Below the pieces are notes generated by a model, which saw nothing but the letters and a program-made list of their open reading frames with translations, made no database searches and had not been told where the DNA came from. From Fidelibacterota bacterium (lineage in GTDB: Bacteria; Fidelibacterota; Marinisomatia; Marinisomatales; JABMOV01), in the NCBI GenBank assembly GCA_046861395.1, contig JBHHUC010000001.1:32001-96000 (forward strand): a stretch of 64,000 nucleotides of DNA, written 5' to 3'. Below are positions 61,686 to 64,000 of this stretch, in pieces (position 1 is the first letter of the stretch; each line of letters opens with the position of its first letter). The translations under genes were made by a program, and so were the position numbers.

Positions 61686-62422
61686 AATATCAAGTCCTGC
61701 CCCTCCTGTTCTGTACCACTCTGGCGTGGTCCCAGGATGCACAAAGCATTATTGACCGGATGACAGCGACCCTTACACAGGCCACCAGCCGTGCCCGTAT
61801 GACGCAAACCGTGGAGACGACATCGGGAAAAACGCGAACATTGGAATTTGAAATGTTTTCCGCCGATTCCGGATCCAGTGTCCTCATTCGCTATATAAAA
61901 CCCAGTAGCGTAAAAGGCCAAAGTTTTCTCATGCTGAACGATGCCAATGATATCTGGACCTACTTTCCCCGTACACGGCGAGTGCGTAAACTGGCATCTT
62001 CCGCCAAGAATCAAAAAGTACAGGGCAGCGATTTTTCCTATAGTGATTTTTCCTCTTCGGATACCTGGCAGGAGGATTATATATCTACCTTGGACGGAAG
62101 CGTCCGCCTGAAGGACGAAGCGTGCTGGAAGCTCACCGCCACCGAGACGGAAAAAAACGACTCCGACTACCCCCGGGTGGTGCTGTTTATCCGAAAATCA
62201 GACTATTCTCCGCTGCAGATGGATTTTTATAATGAAAACAATCAACACGAAAAAACATTGACGTTTGAAAACATTACGAACATTGAAGGTGTCCCGACAG
62301 CGATGAGGATGATAATGGAAAATGTATTGGAGGGCTCAAAAACGGTCATGGAAATCAAGGAAATGACCTATGCATGGACACCGCCTAAGGGCTTTTTCAG
62401 TGAAAGGAACCTGCAGCAATGA
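61682..62422 (+). CDS. LolA-like outer-membrane lipoprotein-sorting protein
   Basis: Signal peptide, PSSVKGQSFL, IWTYFPRTRRVRKL, GSDFSYSD and FFSERNL. Confidence 0.82.
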   Translation: MKYQVLPLLFCTTLAWSQDAQSIIDRMTATLTQATSRARMTQTVETTSGKTRTLEFEMFSADSGSSVLIRYIKPSSVKGQSFLMLNDANDIWTYFPRTRRVRKLASSAKNQKVQGSDFSYSDFSSSDTWQEDYISTLDGSVRLKDEACWKLTATETEKNDSDYPRVVLFIRKSDYSPLQMDFYNENNQHEKTLTFENITNIEGVPTAMRMIMENVLEGSKTVMEIKEMTYAWTPPKGFFSERNLQQ

Positions 62423-63609
62423 AAGGTGGAATGTTTTTAACCTGTCTCCTGGGGTTACTCATGGGACAGGTGGACTGGTTCGGCTACCTGGAAAGCGAAT
62501 TCGACCGCTTTGCCCTCAATGATAAAACCTATCATTTCGGCTATCATAAATTACGGCTGGACATGGAAACCCGCCCGGCGGAAACCGTTCTGGTGGCTGC
62601 CAACCTCAATCTCCATCAGTATGTAGGACAAACACACTGGAATTTCCTGGATTTCATTCCACCACGTTACTGGAACATTATTTTATTTGCCCCTGGAAAT
62701 GACAGCGCCATGAGCATTAATCCGGAAATCCCCTATGATTACCGGGATACATTGTATCTTGACAATGCTTATCTTCGTGCGGCCTTTCCGGCCGTGGATT
62801 TAATTGTAGGAAAACAGCCGCTGTCCTTGGGCACGGGTTATGCCTGGAATCCTGTGGATATTTTCAACAAGAAAGATCCCGTGGATCCTACCTATGAGCA
62901 GACCGGAATCCAGGCCTTGCGGTTCGATGTCCCCCTGACCAGTCGCGGTGGATTGACGCTGGTGGTGACGCCGGCAGCAACCTGGCAGGAAGCCACCCGG
63001 TATGTTCAGGTCAAGGCTGGACTGGCGAGTTTTGATATCACCCTGAACGCAGCGAAATATATGAGCTTGTACCGCTACTGGGATTATGTCACTTATTCGG
63101 GAAGATTGCCGACGAAAACAGAATATACAGCCTATGGTGGAACCTTCGTGGGACAGGTATTGGGCGTCGGAATTTGGGGTGAAACCTGGCAAAAAAAACA
63201 TACAGTTGTATCTGGAAAAACGTTCCGGGAAACCATTCTCGGTTTTGATTATACCTTTGAAAACGGGTTTATGGTTCTGTCAGAATTTCTTTTCAATGAA
63301 CAGGGCGCAGCCACGAACAATCTGTCACTGAATGATTATTTCGCCTATTTTTCGGGGGAGACCCACAGCCTGATGCAGCACTACCAATTCCTATATGCAT
63401 CCTATCCTGTCAGTGATTTCGTCCGCGCAGGTTTCCTGTCCATCATAAACTATGACGATATCAGCGCCATGATCAGCCCGCAAGTGGATTGGGATATTTT
63501 CGAAAACGGCACCCTCTCGATCTGGTATACCTTCCCCTATGGCAACAAAGAGACAGAATTCGGATACCAGGAAGACGGTTGGCGGATTCGCCTGCGGAGC
63601 TATTTCTAA
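62419..63609 (+). CDS. Hypothetical outer-membrane beta-barrel protein
   Basis: Signal peptide, LDNAYL...VGKQPLSLGTGYAWNPVD and C-terminal RLRSYF beta-signal. Confidence 0.72.
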   Translation: MKGGMFLTCLLGLLMGQVDWFGYLESEFDRFALNDKTYHFGYHKLRLDMETRPAETVLVAANLNLHQYVGQTHWNFLDFIPPRYWNIILFAPGNDSAMSINPEIPYDYRDTLYLDNAYLRAAFPAVDLIVGKQPLSLGTGYAWNPVDIFNKKDPVDPTYEQTGIQALRFDVPLTSRGGLTLVVTPAATWQEATRYVQVKAGLASFDITLNAAKYMSLYRYWDYVTYSGRLPTKTEYTAYGGTFVGQVLGVGIWGETWQKKHTVVSGKTFRETILGFDYTFENGFMVLSEFLFNEQGAATNNLSLNDYFAYFSGETHSLMQHYQFLYASYPVSDFVRAGFLSIINYDDISAMISPQVDWDIFENGTLSIWYTFPYGNKETEFGYQEDGWRIRLRSYF

Positions 63610-63610
63610 T

Positions 63611-64000
63611 ATGTCAGTAGTTTTTATCCTGGGAGGAAGTGGCAATACCGGCCGGCGTATCGCAAAATTGTTGCTGGAGTATACCGACGCCAGGATTATC
63701 CTGGGTGCTCGGAATGAACTACGCTTGAAGGAAACCGCTGAAGAACTCCATGCTCACACACGGGTATCTTGGCACACCGTGGATGCCAGTCGGCCCGGGG
63801 AACTAAGTAAGTACCTGGAGCCAGTGGATCTCCTGGTAGTAGCCAGTCCCCTCAGCGGGAACTTCGGTGAACTGGCGCAGGAGGCCATGAGGGCGGAGTG
63901 TGATGTACTGGACACCATCTACTCGTCGCGGAAATTGGCGCAATTGACAGAACTCGCTGGGGACTTGGAAGCTGCCGGACGGTGTTTCATTACGGATGCG
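63611..64000 (+). CDS. Saccharopine dehydrogenase-like NAD(P)-binding oxidoreductase (runs off the window)
   Basis: Hand translation MSVVFILGGSGNTGRRIAKLLLEYTDARIILGARN (Rossmann fold GxxGxxG); open to the window end. Confidence 0.7.
   Translation, partial: MSVVFILGGSGNTGRRIAKLLLEYTDARIILGARNELRLKETAEELHAHTRVSWHTVDASRPGELSKYLEPVDLLVVASPLSGNFGELAQEAMRAECDVLDTIYSSRKLAQLTELAGDLEAAGRCFITDA

Overview
Chromosomal replication-origin region of a Gram-negative bacterium, most likely in the FCB group (Marinimicrobia-like; inferred from T9SS-type C-terminal domains, a PorV-like gene and Gln-starting secreted proteins, not from a search). The left arm carries a partial pyruvate:ferredoxin oxidoreductase gene, psuG, a CheY-like regulator, a prolyl oligopeptidase, and dnaN-recF-dciA-gyrB-gyrA-yggS followed by a truncated PNP-like gene. 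The likely oriC (about 15740-16092) is a DnaA-box array with a Bacillus-like unwinding module. It lies between surA and arfB/dnaN, about 11 kb from dnaA. The rpmH-yidD-yidC-mnmE-mnmG-mfd-PPIase-surA operon lacks rnpA and carries two parS sites overlapping gene starts. Right of dnaA are a 2151-aa mosaic T9SS-type surface protein, ssb, and envelope and peptidase genes. Further right are a probable copper-uptake operon (Cys/His-rich leader ORF ending in PPP, a Met/His-rich lipoprotein and an OprC-like TonB receptor), a CxxCH-bearing PAS histidine kinase and murB. The window ends with a TonB receptor / CTD-protein / PorV-like triad and a TetR-led operon with a 24-bp palindromic operator. No rRNA, tRNA, CRISPR array or mobile element was recognised. 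All calls come from reading the sequence by eye, with no database searches.
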